Of a stretch of 64,000 bases of DNA, positions 49,632-63,856 are shown in pieces; positions within the stretch are counted from its first letter, which is position 1; each line of letters starts with the position of its first letter. Origin of the DNA: Mobula hypostoma (Eukaryota); contig NC_086097.1 in the NCBI RefSeq assembly GCF_963921235.1, positions 24,616,001 to 24,680,000 on the forward strand, in the 5' to 3' direction. The notes below the pieces were generated by a model, which worked only from the letters and a program-made list of their open reading frames with translations, was not told where the DNA came from and did not search any database. The translations under genes were made by a program, and so were the position numbers.

Positions 49632-52600
49632 CATATGCAACCTTGAGGGTCATCTTCCTGCAGGCAGCCCTAAAACTAAGGAACACAGTAGAATCTATGG
49701 AAAAACCCACACAACAAAGATGGACAAACACCCAATGTGCGGAAAAAAAAGAATAAGTCATACATACAATTTAAATGGTAACAAATAACTCACAGAACAT
49801 GATCTTCAGAGTCCCCCAAAGTGAGTCCACAGCCACGGAGCTAGTTCAGCACTGAAGCGAGTGCCGATGGCTGCAGGCCACAGCTGCAAAGTCAGTTCAT
49901 TACTGAGCTGACCACCAGTTCACCTTTTGCCCTTGGCCTTGACACCTTAACATTTTCAGTCTGGCTCGATGTTTAAATTGGCTAAGCATCGGTTCGACTT
50001 CTGTGCTTGAGCCTGGTGTCAATCTGGCCTGAAGTTTCAACCAGCTCACAGTCTGCTACAGGAATGGCCACTGCAGCCGTAACTGTATTCCCGAGTGTCC
50101 AGTTTACTGAATCCTTCAGGATACTGCAAAAACACCAAGTCGTACAGATTGTTCAAAAGCACACAACCCTCAAGGAGTTAGACTCCAATGTGGAGATATT
50201 CCTCTGTCCAGCAGGTTGTAAACATTTAGAGTTCTCTATCCTAGAGCTCTCCAGCAAAGCCACCGTTGTGAAGAAGAGTGGGGAAGTTAGGATTGGTGTC
50301 CCAGCCAATGCTTGAAACCCACTGGGATTACCCTTGGGAAGGAACTCTGCCATCCTTATCTGGGGTAACCCTGTATGTGACTCCAATCCTCACCAACCTG
50401 ACAAAATCTAAAATTACACAAGGGCAATTGGGACTGACTGATAATTCTATAAATAACTGCCAGTGAATGCTATAGCCTCTTGTGTAAAACGACCCTAATT
50501 TTTTTTCTGATCCAAACCCCTGACGTTTCATCTTGTGTGTGCTTTCTCCGGTCATAGGTCCCTCAACAACTGGAAGCAGGCTGGTTCCATCTACCCCCTC
50601 CCATCTCTTCTAGCACTTGTGTCTCATCAGTCTTGACTCCATGGAAATTAAATCCAGAATGCCTTGTGTCAAAGTAGTCAAAGATTCTCTCTCAGAAAAG
50701 TCCTGGAGGAAGACAAAGATTCCAAAGATTATCTTTTCTGAGCTGGCTTCATAAAACAGTTTCACATGTCAATTCTATCTATGAAAAGGCTCTTAAATAT
50801 TTAAGAGTCACAGAGCAGTCCAGCACAAAACAAGCCCTTCAACCCATGTAGTACATGCCAAACTTATGTACTGCGTAGTCCCCATCAATCGTACACCTAA
50901 ACCATAGCCTTTCATACACCCTCCATTCTGTCTAGTTCTAATGGACTTCCTAATCATAGGGAGCCCATAGTGGCTTGTGGTCTGTAGCTTGCTCCTGACT
51001 TATTATACCCCCTCAATGGTTGAAAGCTTACCATCGAGGAACTGTGACTTAAATCCCTGTCAACTGGAATATGTATGAGCTCCCTATATCCTTTTAGCAG
51101 ATAATCCCATTGAGCTGTCAGGCCTTTGGTAGTCGCAGCAACATGAATTGATCTATAGGTCATAAACAGCCTGAAGGCACCTTCTTGAAGCCTCGATGAA
51201 GATTCATACTGGTGAGGACGGGGGATTGAGGGAATGGACAGAGAAATAGTAAAGAACTTCTCAACAAAGAGCAATGAATCATATGGAACAAAAAATTGGA
51301 TTAAGAATGGTCGATTGAGCAGAAATTGCCATGCCTTGCAGTTGCTCTATTTTATCATGCAGTTTCTTATGTTTCATTGCCAATGTTGTGTGCAAGCTTG
51401 GGGTGGTGGATTGTTACATCTGATTTAGATCAAAGCGAGTTTCCTTCCATTGCAATCTTAACACCATGCTCCTGGAGGCATCCGTGGCCTTTTCTAAAGG
51501 CCTGTGCAGGAGGCGAAAAGGCAAACTCCTTGGCAATCCCTCTACGTACCTAATATGACAGACTATGCTGTGTAGAGGGATTGTAGGGTTAATGGCATGA
51601 TTCTTAACAATGTGGTGGAGCAGAGGGAACTTGAGGTCCATGTTTCTAGATCCCTCAAAGTTGCAATGCAAATTGATAGGGTTGCTAACACGGTGTATGA
51701 TACATTGGTCATCATGAGTCAGAGGTTGAGTTCAAGAACTGCAAGGCAATGTTTCAGCTCAATAAAACCCTAGTTAGACCACACTTGGAATATTGGGTTC
51801 AGTTTTAGTTGCCTCATTATAGGAAGGAAAATGTAGAAGCATTAGAGAATGTGCAGAAGAATTGGTCACCTTATTATTGAAAGGATGTGGAAGCTTTAGA
51901 GAGGGTGCAGAGGAGATTTAACAGGATGCTGCCTGGATTATAGACTATGTTTTATAAATTGCCTCTCAGGTCCCTTTTAAATCTTTCCCCTCTCACAACA
52001 ATCCTGTGCCCTTTGATTTTTAGTTCCACTTCCCAGGGGGAAAAAAAAGACGGTCTGCATTCAGTCTATCCACGCCCCTTAAAGTTTTATCCAACTTTGT
52101 AAGGTCAACCCTCGGTCTCCAGCATTCCATGGAAATAAAATGTCTTTGTTTTGGACGTGTGCAGTCGTTATAATAGACACTAATTTGTTTCCTGCCTTCT
52201 GATTAAGATTCTTGAGCACATTAAGGCCTGTGAAACCTGACTGGTTGGCTTGCCAACAAAAAATATCTCACAGCCTCATTTATGGCCGGATTGTAGAGCG
52301 AGTTTGATTTTGAAGATGGAGCTGCCCTTTGTAGAACATAGAACACAGGACATAGAACATAGAATCTGTTCAAGTCCTTCAACCAATGATGTTGTGTCAA
52401 CCTTTTAGCCTACTCCATGATCAATCTAACTCTTCCCTCCTATGTAGCTCATAACCCTCCATTTTTCTTTCATCATGTACCTAACTAGGGTTCTCTTAAA
52501 TGTCCATAGTGTATCTGTGTCTACTACCACTACCACCAGCACCGCTTTCCACACACCCACCACTCTCTGTATAAACAAACCTACCTCTGATGTCCACTCT

Positions 52601-55239
52601 AAACTTTCCTCCACTCAATTAAACAGATACCTTCTGGAATTAGCCATTGCCGCCCAAAGAAAAAGACAATGTCCACTCTATCTATGCCTCTCATAATCTT
52701 ATTTCGCCTCTGTCAAATCATCTCTCATCTTCCTTTGCTCCAATGAGAAAATACCTAGCTTACTCAACCTTCGCTGACGTGCTCTCTAATGCAGGTAAAT
52801 CTTCTCTCTGAAGCCTCCACATCCAACCCTTATCTGGCTCTTTAAGGCTACAGCTCCTCCTGCCTCATGTGGTTAAACTAAGAACATGCTGAGGTCACTT
52901 GGAGGCTAATTGCTGGTGGAATATTGTATGTTGGCAGCTGCTTACAAATCCCCAGTTGCAGCCTTTGCACAGATGTGCTGGTAATTAAGGTGAGGAATAA
53001 AGATATTATAGCAGCTGTAGCTGACAGATCCCCTTTCCCTCTCTGCTTCACCTTGCATCTTTTCCATCTGTAAGGGATGTAATGTCATGACCAGGGTTTA
53101 AAGCCCAGATTCATGTTGAGCATTACAGTTCAGAGTATCTTGTATCAGAATATAGGCAACCCCCTGATAATGGGGTGTTGTTTTCCTAGAAAAACATTGG
53201 TATCGCAATTTTTTGTAGTGGAAGGCCATATCATCTGTGCATGTATCAAGAGACGTGTGCTGAAAAGTAGTAAACTTGATATTTATTTGTTTACTTTTTT
53301 TAATATAACTTCTGTGAGAGTGAGTTTTACTCTGTATCTCAAATTTTTGGGGTTCGGATTTGTGAATTCCATAAGGGGGAGTCTCCATCACCCAGACAGT
53401 TGTAATGCATGTACTCCATCCCACTCTTTAAGAAGGAGGAAGGCTAAAGAAAGGAAATTACAGGCCAGTTAGAATAACCTCAGCAACTGGGAAAGTGTTG
53501 GAGTCTACTATTAAGGATGAGCTTTCGAAGCTCTTCGTGATTAATGACAAAATAAGTCAAAGGCAGCATGATTTCTGTTAACACTCGGGACCAGTCCTGC
53601 AAGCCCTTGGTGTAAATCATGGTGTACACACAGGGGACCAGTGTTGAGAGCCATTGGTGTAATCCGTGGTATACACTATTATGTCACTGAGTCAGGCTCC
53701 TCATAGAGAGATAGAGTAAGGAAATGGGCCTTTCAGCCCACAGATTCTCCACTGACCCATTTACACCAATCCTGCATTAATCCTGCAGTTTATGCATCAA
53801 CTTCCCCGTATTCAGATTCCCACTTCTGTGTGTGCCACAGTAGTGTAATGGTTAGTGTGGTGCGATTACAGCTCAGGATGTTCCAGAGCTTGTTCAATTC
53901 TAATGCCATCTGTAAGGAGTATGACCCTTCTCCCCATGAGCGCATGGATTTCCTCCGGTGTTCCAATTTCCTCTCATGGTCCGAAGACGGACCAGTTAAT
54001 AGGTTAATTGGTCAGTGTAAATTGTCCTGTGATTAGGCTAGGGTTAAATAGGTGCTTTGCTGGGTGGTAAAACTCATTGGGATGGAAGAGCCTTTTCCAC
54101 GCTGTATTCCTAAACAAGTAAAAATTAAAAACAATGGGTAATTAACAAAGTCAAATTGCCCACTCACCTAATCTATCGTTACCTCTCTGTAAACGGGTCG
54201 TATCTTGCTCAGTCAGTATTTACATTTCTTCCACCTATTTTTGTGTTGTCTGCAAATTTGTCCACTGTGCGTTTGCTTCCTTCCTCCAACTCATTAGCAT
54301 GTAATTGGCAATGGTAATTGGCTTATTATTGTCACAGCTACTGAGATGAAGTGAAAAGCTTTTGTTTGTTATTCAGAATATGATGTTGGGATAGTACAAG
54401 GGGAAAATAAAGCAGAATGCAGAATATAGTTTTAGAGTTACAAAGAAAGACTGGTGTAGGTAGACGTATGGAATGCACGGGCCATTACAAAGTAGATAAA
54501 GAGATCAAGAGTTCACCTTCTGTGTGTTGTAGGCCCATTCAAGAGTCTTACAACGAGGAGGTATAAACCTTGAGACTGGTGATGACTGGTCAGTCGGAAG
54601 GGTGAGGTGAGAGAATGACTGGGAGAGGCCGTTGATTATGTTATCTTTTCCTGAAGCTGGTTTTCAAGAGAGATTGGGCTGCATTCACAACTCCCTGCAT
54701 TTGCTTGTGGACTAGGGCAGAGCGGTTGCCATACCAAGTCATAATGCATCGGGGTAGATTGCTTTCTATGGCACATCTTTAAAAATTGACGAGGTCATCG
54801 AGCACAGCAGTTACAATCCCATCCCTGTGATATGCCAGTCAACACAGATTATCTGCATAAAAATGACCTGTTTACCTCACTCACTGCTTCCTGTCTGCTA
54901 ACTGATCTCTATCCAATCCAATATGTTACCTCCGATGCTATTGGCGCTTAAAATAAGATTACCGTTGCCATATGTACATGGAAACATACGGTGAATTGTA
55001 CTATTTGCCTTAGATCAAATCAGCAAGGATTGTGTTGGGTGGCCTACAAGTCATTAAGTTTAACTTTACATCTTTGGAATGTGGGAGGAAACCCATGCAG
55101 TCACAGGGAGAGTGTAGAAACTTCTTAGAAACAGCAGCTGGAGATGAACTCCAATCCTACAGCTGGTGCTGTAAAGCTTTGCTACCGTGCTGCCCAGATC
55201 TTGTGGCAAAGAAATGGCAGATGGAATATAGTGTCACCA

Positions 55240-56901
55240 ATTACAGGGAACTTGATGATGGTGAAGACAATATGAGTGAGGTTGATGTTCTGGAGCATGT
55301 TGATATTAAGGGAGAGGAGGTGTTGGAGTTGTTAAAATACATTAGGACAGATATGTCCCCGGGGCCTGACGGAATATTCCCCAGGCTGCTCCACGAGGCG
55401 AGAGAAGAGATTGCTGAGCCTCTGGCCAGGATCTTTATGTCCTCGTTGTCCACGGGAATGGTACCGGAGGATTGGAGGGAGGCGAATGTTGTTCCCTTGT
55501 TCAAAAAAAGGTAGTAGGGATAGTCCGGGTAATTATAGACCAGCGAGCCTTACGTCTGTGGTGGGAAAGCTGTTGGAAAAGATTCTTAGGGATAGGATCT
55601 ATAGGCATTTAGAGAATCATGGTCTGATCAGGGACAGTCAGCATGGCTTTGTGAAGGGCAGATCGTGTCAAACAAGCCTGATAGAGTTCTTTGAGGAGGT
55701 GACCAGGCATATAGATGAGGGTAGTGCAGTGGATGTGATCTATATGGATTTTAGTAAGGCATTTGACAAGGTTGCACACGGTAGGCTTATTCAGAAAGTT
55801 AGAAGGCATGGGATCCAGGGAAGTTTGGCCAGGTGGGTTCAGAATTGGCTTGCCTGCAGAAGGCAGAGGGTGGTGGTGGAGGGAGTACATTCAGATTGGA
55901 GGATTGTGACTAGTGGTGTCCCACAAGGATCTGTTCTGGGACCTCTACTTTTCGTGATTTTTATTAACGACCTGGATGTGGGGGTAGAAGGGTGGGTTGG
56001 CAAGTTTGCAGACGACACAAAGGTTGGTGGTGTTGTAGATAGTGTACAGGATTGTCAAAGATTGCAGAGAGACATCGATAGGATGCAGAAGTGGGCTGAG
56101 AAGTGGCAGATGGAGTTCAACCCGGAGAAGTGTGAGGTGGTACACTTTGGAAGGACAAACTCCAAGGCAGAGTACAAAGTAAATGGCAGGATACTTGGTA
56201 GTGTGGAGGAGCAGAGGGATCTCGGGGTACATGTCCACAGATCCCTGAAAGTTGCCTCACAGGTGGATAGGGTAGTTAAGAAAGTTTATGGGGTGTTAGC
56301 TTTCATAAGTCGAGGGATAGAGTTTAAGAGTCGCGATGTAATGATGCAGCTCTATAAAACTTTGGTTAGGCCACACTTGGAGTACTGTGTCCAGTTCTGG
56401 TCACCTCACTATAGGAAGGATGTGGAAGCATTGGAAAGGGTACAGAGGAGATTTACCAGGATGCTGCCTGGTTTAGAAAGTATGCATTATGATCAGAGAT
56501 TAAGGGAGCTAGGGCTTTACTCTTTGGAGAGAAGGAGGATAAGAGGAGACATGATAGAGGTGTACAAGATAATAAGAGGAATAGATAGAGTGGATAGCCA
56601 GCGCCTCTTCCCCAGGGCACCACTGCTCAGTACAAGAGGACATGGCTTTAAGGTAAGGGGTGGGAAGTTCAAGGGGGATATTAGAGGAAGGTTGTTTACT
56701 CAGAGAGTGGTTGGTGCGTGGAATGCATTGCCTGAGTCAGTAGTGGAGGCAGATACACTAGTGAAGTTTAAGAGACTACTAGACAGGTATATGGAGGAAT
56801 CTAAGGTGGGGGGTTATATGGGAGGCAGGGTTTGAGGGTTGGCACAACATTGTGGGCCGAAGGACCTGTACTGTGCTGTACTATTCTATGTTCTATGTTC
56901 T
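55240..56901 (+). mobile_element. Young 5'-truncated CR1 LINE (complete RT domain and 3'UTR)
   Basis: SPGPDGIFPRLL...NYRPASLTS...QHGF...YMDFSKAFDKV...GVPQGSVLGP...KFADDTK...RPHLEYCVQFWSP; (ttctatg)n tail. Confidence 0.95.
55245..56835 (+). pseudogene. CR1 ORF2 reverse transcriptase, 5'-truncated, single +1 frameshift in the A-run at 55503-55509
   Basis: ORF 55032-55514 (...VVPLFKK) joins ORF 55411-56835 (KKGSRDSPGNYRP...) if A7 is read as A6; no endonuclease domain. Confidence 0.9.
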
Positions 56902-57700
56902 AAGTATATGGTCATGCACTTTGGTTGAAGAAATAAAAGGGGAGACTATTTTCAAAATGGAGTGAAAATTAAAAATCTGAGATGCAAAGGGTCTTGGGAA
57001 TCTTTGTACAGTATTCCCCAAAAGTCAATTTGCAGGTTTAGTCGGTGGTGAGGAAGGCAAATGTGGTATTAGCATTCATTTCTAGAGGACTAGACCATAA
57101 AATAAAAGCAAGGATGTAATGTTCAGAGTTTATAAAGCATGAGTGAGGCCTCATTTAGAGTACTGCGAGCAGTTTTGGGCCCCTTATAATAAGAAAGGAT
57201 GTGTTGACATTGGAGGTGGTTCAAAGAAGGTTCACAAAAATGATTCCAGGATTTAAAAGCTTGGCATATGAAAAGTGTTTGCTGGCACTGGGCCTCTCTC
57301 ACTGGAATTCAGAAGAATGAGGTGTGACCTCATTGAAACCTATCGAACATCGAAAGGCCTCGACAGAGTGGACGTGGAGAGGATGTTTTCAATGGTGGGG
57401 AGTCTAAAACCAGAGGACACAGTCTCATAGTAGAGGTGTGTCCATTTAGAACAGAGATGAGGAGGAATTTCTTCAGCCAGAGAGTAGTGAATCTGTGGAA
57501 TTTGTTGCCACAGGTGGCTGTGAAGGCAAAGTCATTGGTTATATTTAAGGCAGAAGTTGATTGATGCTTGATTAGTCAAAGCATAAAGGGAAACAGGGAG
57601 AAGGCAAGATATTGGGGTTAAGAGGGAAAATGGACCAGCAAGGCAGATGCAATGGGCCAAAGAGCCTGATTGGGCTCTTATATCTTATAGTTTTATGATC
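56902..57700 (+). mobile_element. Older CR1 fragment (host of the young CR1; its left part is at about 55203-55235)
   Basis: AKKWQMEYSV before the insert continues as KYMVMHFG after it. Confidence 0.85.
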
Positions 57701-58307
57701 TTAATCCTTAAGGAGCCATACCCCAATACAATGCATCTCATGGTTCCTCTCAATCCACTCTTCCTCAGAAGTCTTTGATTCCTTCAGTAAATTATATTCA
57801 ATATGCTGCCCACAATTTTCTCCTGCTGACTGTGCCCGTTTAGATGAGGAGTCACCAAATAATTGATTTTAACACCTTACCAAAATTAGATGTCAAGTCA
57901 GTCAACCTAGATATTCACTTTTCGCCTTTCCTTTCGAATAAAAGTGTTACATTGGCCATTTTCCAATCATTGGTCCTGTACAAAATTGAAGTATGTTTGG
58001 AAGAGCATTGTCTAGTTCCATGCTGTCAATAGCAGAATATGTGACTTTCTTTGATATCCTGTCAGCCTTTATCTCTTAATCCCCCTAATTAATTCATTTT
58101 ATCACATTTTGAATTTGTGGGAGCTTACTCTGCATAAATTGAGAGCTGCAATTGGTATATTATGCTCTTAATGAGATGCACTAGAATCTTTGATAAACAT
58201 AAGTTCCGCTTTTTTTAGCTGATAAAGCCAGTTCTATTCAGATGGATCTTAATCACAACTTCTGGACTTTCTTTCTGATTCAGTTTAGTTTTCTATCATA
58301 TACAGCA

Positions 58308-59535
58308 AGGGTGCTGGGGTGGAGATACATTTCTACCAAAGGAGGTGTAAGGTGTTCGTTTCCTCTGCTAGCCAGCAGGTACCTTTTGGCAAGGTGCAAG
58401 ATCATCCACTTTGGAAGGAATAAAAGAAGAGCAGATTATTATTTAAATGGTGAAAGATTGCAGCATGCTGTTGTGCAGAGGGACTTGAGAGTGCTTGTTC
58501 ATGAATCGTAAAAAGTTGGCTTGCAGGTACAACAGGTTATTAAGAAGGCAAACTGAATGTTGGCCTTCATTGCTAGAGGGATTGAATTCAAGAGCAGGGA
58601 GGTCGTGCTGCAACTATACAGGGTACTGGTGAGGCTGCACCTGGAGTACTGTGTGCAGTTCTGGTCTCCATACTTCAGGAAGGATATACTGGCTTTGGAG
58701 GCAGTGCAGAGGAGGTTCACCAGGTTGATTCCAGGGATGAAGGGGTTAACCTTTGAGGAGCGATTGAGTTGCCTGGGACTATACTCTCTGGAGTTCAGAA
58801 GATTGAGAGGGGATCTTATAGAAACATACAAAACTTTGAAAGGGATAAATAAGATAGAAGTAGGAATATTGTTTCCATTGGTAGGTGAAACTAGAACTAG
58901 GGAACATTGCCTCAAGATTCAGAGGAGAAGATTTAGGATGGAGATGAGGAGAAACTGTTTTTCCCAGAGAGTGGTGAATCTGTGGAATTCTCTGCCCAGG
59001 GAAGCAGTTGAGGCTTCTTCACTAAATATATTTAAGAAACAGTTAGATAGGTTTTTACATAGTAAGGGAATTAAGGGTTATGGGGAGAAGGCTGGTAGAT
59101 GGAGCTGAGGTTACGGACGGATCAGCCATGATCTTATTGATTGGCGGGGCAGGCTCGATGGGCCGGCTGGCCTACTCCTGCACCTATTTCTTATGTTCTT
59201 ATGTTCCTAAGCATAGCACCTGCTTAGCCTCCCAGTCAGAGTCACAACAATCATGGAAGTAGATGGTGGATGGTCATATGAGCAGCTGGTGCCTATCACG
59301 TGTCCTAGTTGTGCGAGCACTGACGCCAGGCAGACAATCTCTGAAGAGTATTGATAATAGCTGGCGTCACCCATCTTGTAAAGACACCGCCCAGAAGAAG
59401 GCAATGGCAAAGCACTTCTGTAGAAAAATTTGCCAAGAACAATCGCGGTCATGGAGTCTGTGATCGCCCACGTCATACAACACGGCATGTAATGATGATG
59501 TCATATGACATGGCATGTTATGATGATGATGATGA
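58308..59535 (+). mobile_element. Non-autonomous RTE-like element with (ATG)n tail, split by a CR1 insertion
   Basis: ggcaaggtg|...|tagcacctgcttagc is contiguous in the copy at about 18190-18290 (minus strand). Confidence 0.6.
58397..59207 (+). mobile_element. CR1 3' fragment, fairly young
   Basis: ORF 58557-59108 LAFIARGIEFKSREV...RVVNLWNSLP; ttcttatgttcttatgtt tail. Confidence 0.9.
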
Positions 59536-61319
59536 CAATGACAGTAGGGTGCAATGAAATTCTTTGTTCGCATGAAGCTCAGAGAGTAAACACAGCCTTT
59601 ATAAGTACAACAATAAACACAATGACAAGCTCCAAACAACAGAATGGTGCAGTCTAAAGTAATGCAAAAAGAAACGCTAACGTAAAAGCCATCAGACTAG
59701 CCTAGAGAGAAAGAGAAAAAAAATTGGCTCTATTTGCCACGTACATCAAAACGTCGAAACATGCCGTGAAATGCATCAGATTAGTGAGGATTGTGCTGGG
59801 CAGCCCATGAATGTTGCCGCTCTTCCAGTGCCAAAATAACCTCCCCACAATTTAGCCTAACCTCTTTGATTCATTGATTGAGCATAGAGCACAAAATAGG
59901 CCCATTCCAGTCCTTCCAGCTGCCCTGCCTAGCAATCCCCCGATTTAATCTTGGTTTAATCATGGACAATTTACAATAACCAATTAACCCTCCAACCAGT
60001 ACATCTTTGGAACGAGGGAGGAAACCAGAGCACCTGGAGAAAACCCACGCAATCACAGAGAGAATGTACAAACTCGTTACAGACAGTGGCAGGGATTAAA
60101 CATGGATCAGTGATCACTAACGCTGTAAAGCGATTTGTTAACCCCTCCCCCCCGCCCTGCAATCCATCATTAAGCACCTTTGTCATGCCCTCTTCTCATT
60201 ACTACCATCAAGGAGGAGGTACAGGAGCTTGGAGACACACACTCAACATTTCAGTAGTAGCTTCTTCCCCTCCACCATTAGATTTCTGAATGATCCATGA
60301 ACCCATGTACAAGACTTGCTATTCCATTTTACACTATTTTTACATATAACCATACAGTAAATTTTATGTCTTGCACTTTACTGTTGCCACAAAACAAATT
60401 TTATGACAGGTGTCAGTGATAATAAACCAGATTCTGGTTCTTCCGCTATGAAAAGCCTTTGATTTTGAGCAAACATCACATTCTGTGATACTTAAGTATG
60501 ATCTTCTGAGCGATATTGCATATAACCACACTCCAAGCTCTTGCCTGCTGTGAGAGTGATTAGGTCAATTGACCCATATGATTCATTGCCGTCAGCTGTT
60601 TATTATTCACTCCTGAGCCTCACTTCTTGTCAAAATGTCTAAATATTGCAAGCTTTGAGTGTCTAGAGTTTACAGAGAACGAGGCAAAAATTGACGAAAC
60701 ATCCAGTGAGCAGCAGTTCTGTGGGCGAAAATGGCTCGTTAGTGAAAGAGGTCAGAGGAGAATGGCCAGACTGGTTCAAGCTGACAGGAAGATGACAGTA
60801 CTGTAACTCGAATAACCAGGCATTACAACAGTGGCGTGCAGAACAGCATCTCTGAACACACGTGTCAAACCTTGAAGCAGATGGGCTACAGCAGCAGAAC
60901 ACCGCAAACATACAATCAATGGCCACTTTGTTAGGGAATTATCAAGGTGGCCACAGATATATATTGCCTTGTGTACTTAAGCTGTGGGTGGATACTGTTC
61001 AGCAGACTGTATAAATTCAGCAACAGCAACAACTTGAATTTATATAGTAGCATTAATGTGTCCAGACATCCCAAGGTGCTTTGCATCAAATAAAGTGCTA
61101 AACTCAGCAAGTCAACCAGCATCTATAGAGGGAAATAAACAGGGCTGAGACTCTTCATCAGAATAAAATAATACATCAAATAACATTTAAATGAGCCAAA
61201 TAAGAAGAGTTTGTTCAGCTGATCAATAATTCTCCTAAAGAGGGAGGTTGTAGAGGTTACATTAAAAGAGGAGAGACAGAGGCGCAGGGATAAAATTGAA
61301 GATCAAATTATTATCAATG

Positions 61320-61372
61320 GGTGAGGTACAACATGAGGTACAGGTGAGGTACAATGAGGTACAGGTGAGGTA
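61320..61372. repeat. Short tandem repeat of tgaggtaca(g/a) units
   Basis: gtgaggtacaacatgaggtacaggtgaggtacaatgaggtacaggtgaggtag. Confidence 0.85.
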
Positions 61373-62051
61373 GAACAAGATCAATCAATAACAATGCAGT
61401 GTTATAGTAACAGAGAATATGCAGTGCAGGCAGACAAAAAGGTGCAAGGTCATAATGAAGGTACATTGTGAGTTCAAGACACCATGTTATTGTACTAGGG
61501 AACTACTTAACAGCCTGATAACACTGACATAGAAGTTGTCCTTGAGCCTGTTGGTATGTGCTTTCAGGCTTTTGTATATTCTATCCAATGGGAGAGGAGA
61601 GAAGCAAGAATGCCCAGGGCATGTGATTATGCCGTTTTCTTTAACAAGATGCTGAGAAGTGAGATAGATGCATGGAGGTGCAAGGACTGAATGGATACGG
61701 ATCAGGAGCAGGCAGAAGTGCTTTAGTTCATTTTACTTCATATTCAGCACAGACATTGTGGGCCAAAGGCCTGTTCCTGTGTTGTACTGTTGTATATTCT
61801 GCTACCATGGGATAGAAGTGGAAAATTTGGGAGTCAGTCACGTCTCGAAGAGAGTTTGTGAGAGATGTGTGTCAAAAAGGTTGGAATGTTGTGTGAAGAC
61901 AATAATGTGCACTGGAAACTGGGAGTTGAGCAAGAGACCAGAGCCCCAGACGAAGGCAGAGATCTCAGAAGTTCTTGGACTGGAAGATTATTGAGAGGTG
62001 GGGAGGGGTGAGATGGAATGATGAATGTAGGAGGAGTAGTAGTGTATTTAA

Positions 62052-62388
62052 ACGCAAACAACAGGAATTCTGCAGATGCTGGAAATTCAAGCAACACACA
62101 TCAAAGTTGCTGGTGAACGCAGCAGGCCAGGCATCATCTATAGGAAGAGGTACAGTCGACGTTTCAGGACAAGACCCTTCGTCAGGACTAACTGAAGGAA
62201 GAGTGAGTAAGGGATTTGAAAGTTGGAGGGGGAGGGGGAGATCCAAAATGATAGGAGAAGACAGGAGGGGGAGGGATAGAGCCGAGAGCTGGACAGGTGA
62301 TAGGCAAAAGGGGATACGAGAGGATCATGGGACAGGAGGTCCGGGAAGAAAGACGGGGGGGGGGGTGACCCAGAGGATGGGCAAGAGG
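62052..62388 (-). mobile_element. Penelope-like terminal fragment with hammerhead motif at 62154-62189
   Basis: Closely matches 37735-38040; AGUC-CUGACGA-AGGGUCUUGUCCU-GAAAC-GUC-GACU. Confidence 0.85.
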
Positions 62389-63856
62389 TGGCCAAGTCCA
62401 TGCATATATTTAAGGCGGGTGTTGATCATTTCCTGATCGGTCAGGACATCAAAGGATATGGCGAGAAGGCAAGTGTATGGGGTTGAGTGGGATCCGAAGT
62501 CAGCTGTGATGAAATGGCAGAGCAGACTCGATAGGCTGAATGGCCTAATTCTGCTCCTATGTCTTATGGTCTTATTCTCCTCCTATGAAGTTATTCCCTT
62601 AATGGAAGACACTTGTGTGTAACTTTAATGTGGGGAGCCTGATGCACAGGCAGCCATTATACGATCCTTGACAGGATCTTGTGGCATGGAATGCAAGACG
62701 ACCAGGGACCCTTCACTGCTGCAGCCTTCCCCCAGCTTCACTGCCGTTGTAATATGTCGTCATCTTCCGCCACCTCCACTGTTGAGACTTTGGTTGGATC
62801 TCTCTTTGTCTGGATCCTCCCCATTGACCTTATCACCATGGGTGACCATACGAGGAGCTGAACTCCACACAGCATTGCTCCCGGGATGTCAGCAGCACAC
62901 AAGCCTCTCCACCATGACGAGGTGACAATCCTAGCAGAAGAAAGCAGGAGTATTTTATACCAGTGGCCAACAATATTTAATTAATAAGCTTCATTCCCTA
63001 AAACAAGTAATTTTGTTATCATGTTCCGTTCCAGTCCCACTTAATTGAAGTTTCATCATGTGAAACTATCTGTTAAAGTCTATCTTTAATTATGAATCAT
63101 TCAACACCATTTAATTCCAGACTTTAATTAAAGAGATGGAGCAGTGTATGGATGTTCTGTCCTTGCAGCCACAGATCTGTGAAACAATGCATTTGATATG
63201 AGAAAAATAAATTCCAATCTTCTCAACACGTCTCTTGCAAACTTTCTTCAAAACATAAGCTGATTCCCAAACTTCCTATTGCTAGCTGATGGTAGTAGGA
63301 CAGAGTCATTCCTTTCACGCCTTGTGGCGCATCGGGCGGCATTTTCGCTGTTTCTGTAGCATTTGACTTTTTTTATGAGGGCAAGTTGCTAACTGTACGT
63401 TTAACCTGACACAGACAGAAAGCTGCAAGGAGCCAGCCAGATTCAAACTCAGAACCATTCGCCTTGAATTCCAGGTCCAATGTCACTATGCCACCGGCCA
63501 GCACAGTAACAGGCCCTTCAGCCCACAATATCTGTGCCAATCCCAAAGCAACAGGAAACAAAAGTACTTCTGCCTGCACATGATCCATATTCCTCCAGTC
63601 CCTGCGTCTTTATACATCCATCTCACTTCTCGATGCCTCGTTAAAGCAGCCAGCATAATCAAAGACCCCACCCACTCTGAATACTCTCTCTTCTCCCCTC
63701 TCCCATCGGGCAGCAGATCCAAAAGCCTGAAAGCACACACCACCAGGCTCAAAGACAATTTCTACACCACTGTTTCAAGACTATGAAATAGCTCCCTAGT
63801 GCAGTAAAATGGACTCTGGGCCTCACAGTCTCCCTCATTATGACCTTGCACCTTAA

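Noticed and set aside
55411..56835. 474-aa ORF as a host or domesticated RT gene
   Set aside because: Ordinary 5'-truncated CR1 ORF2 with its own 3'UTR tail; the first ~30 residues are out-of-frame CR1 sequence
58308..58396. HDV-like ribozyme at the 5' end of the (ATG)n-tailed RTE-like element
   Set aside because: I could not assign P1-P3 pairings in either copy
61320..61372. CRISPR-like array
   Set aside because: Short tandem units without unique spacers; eukaryotic context; no cas genes
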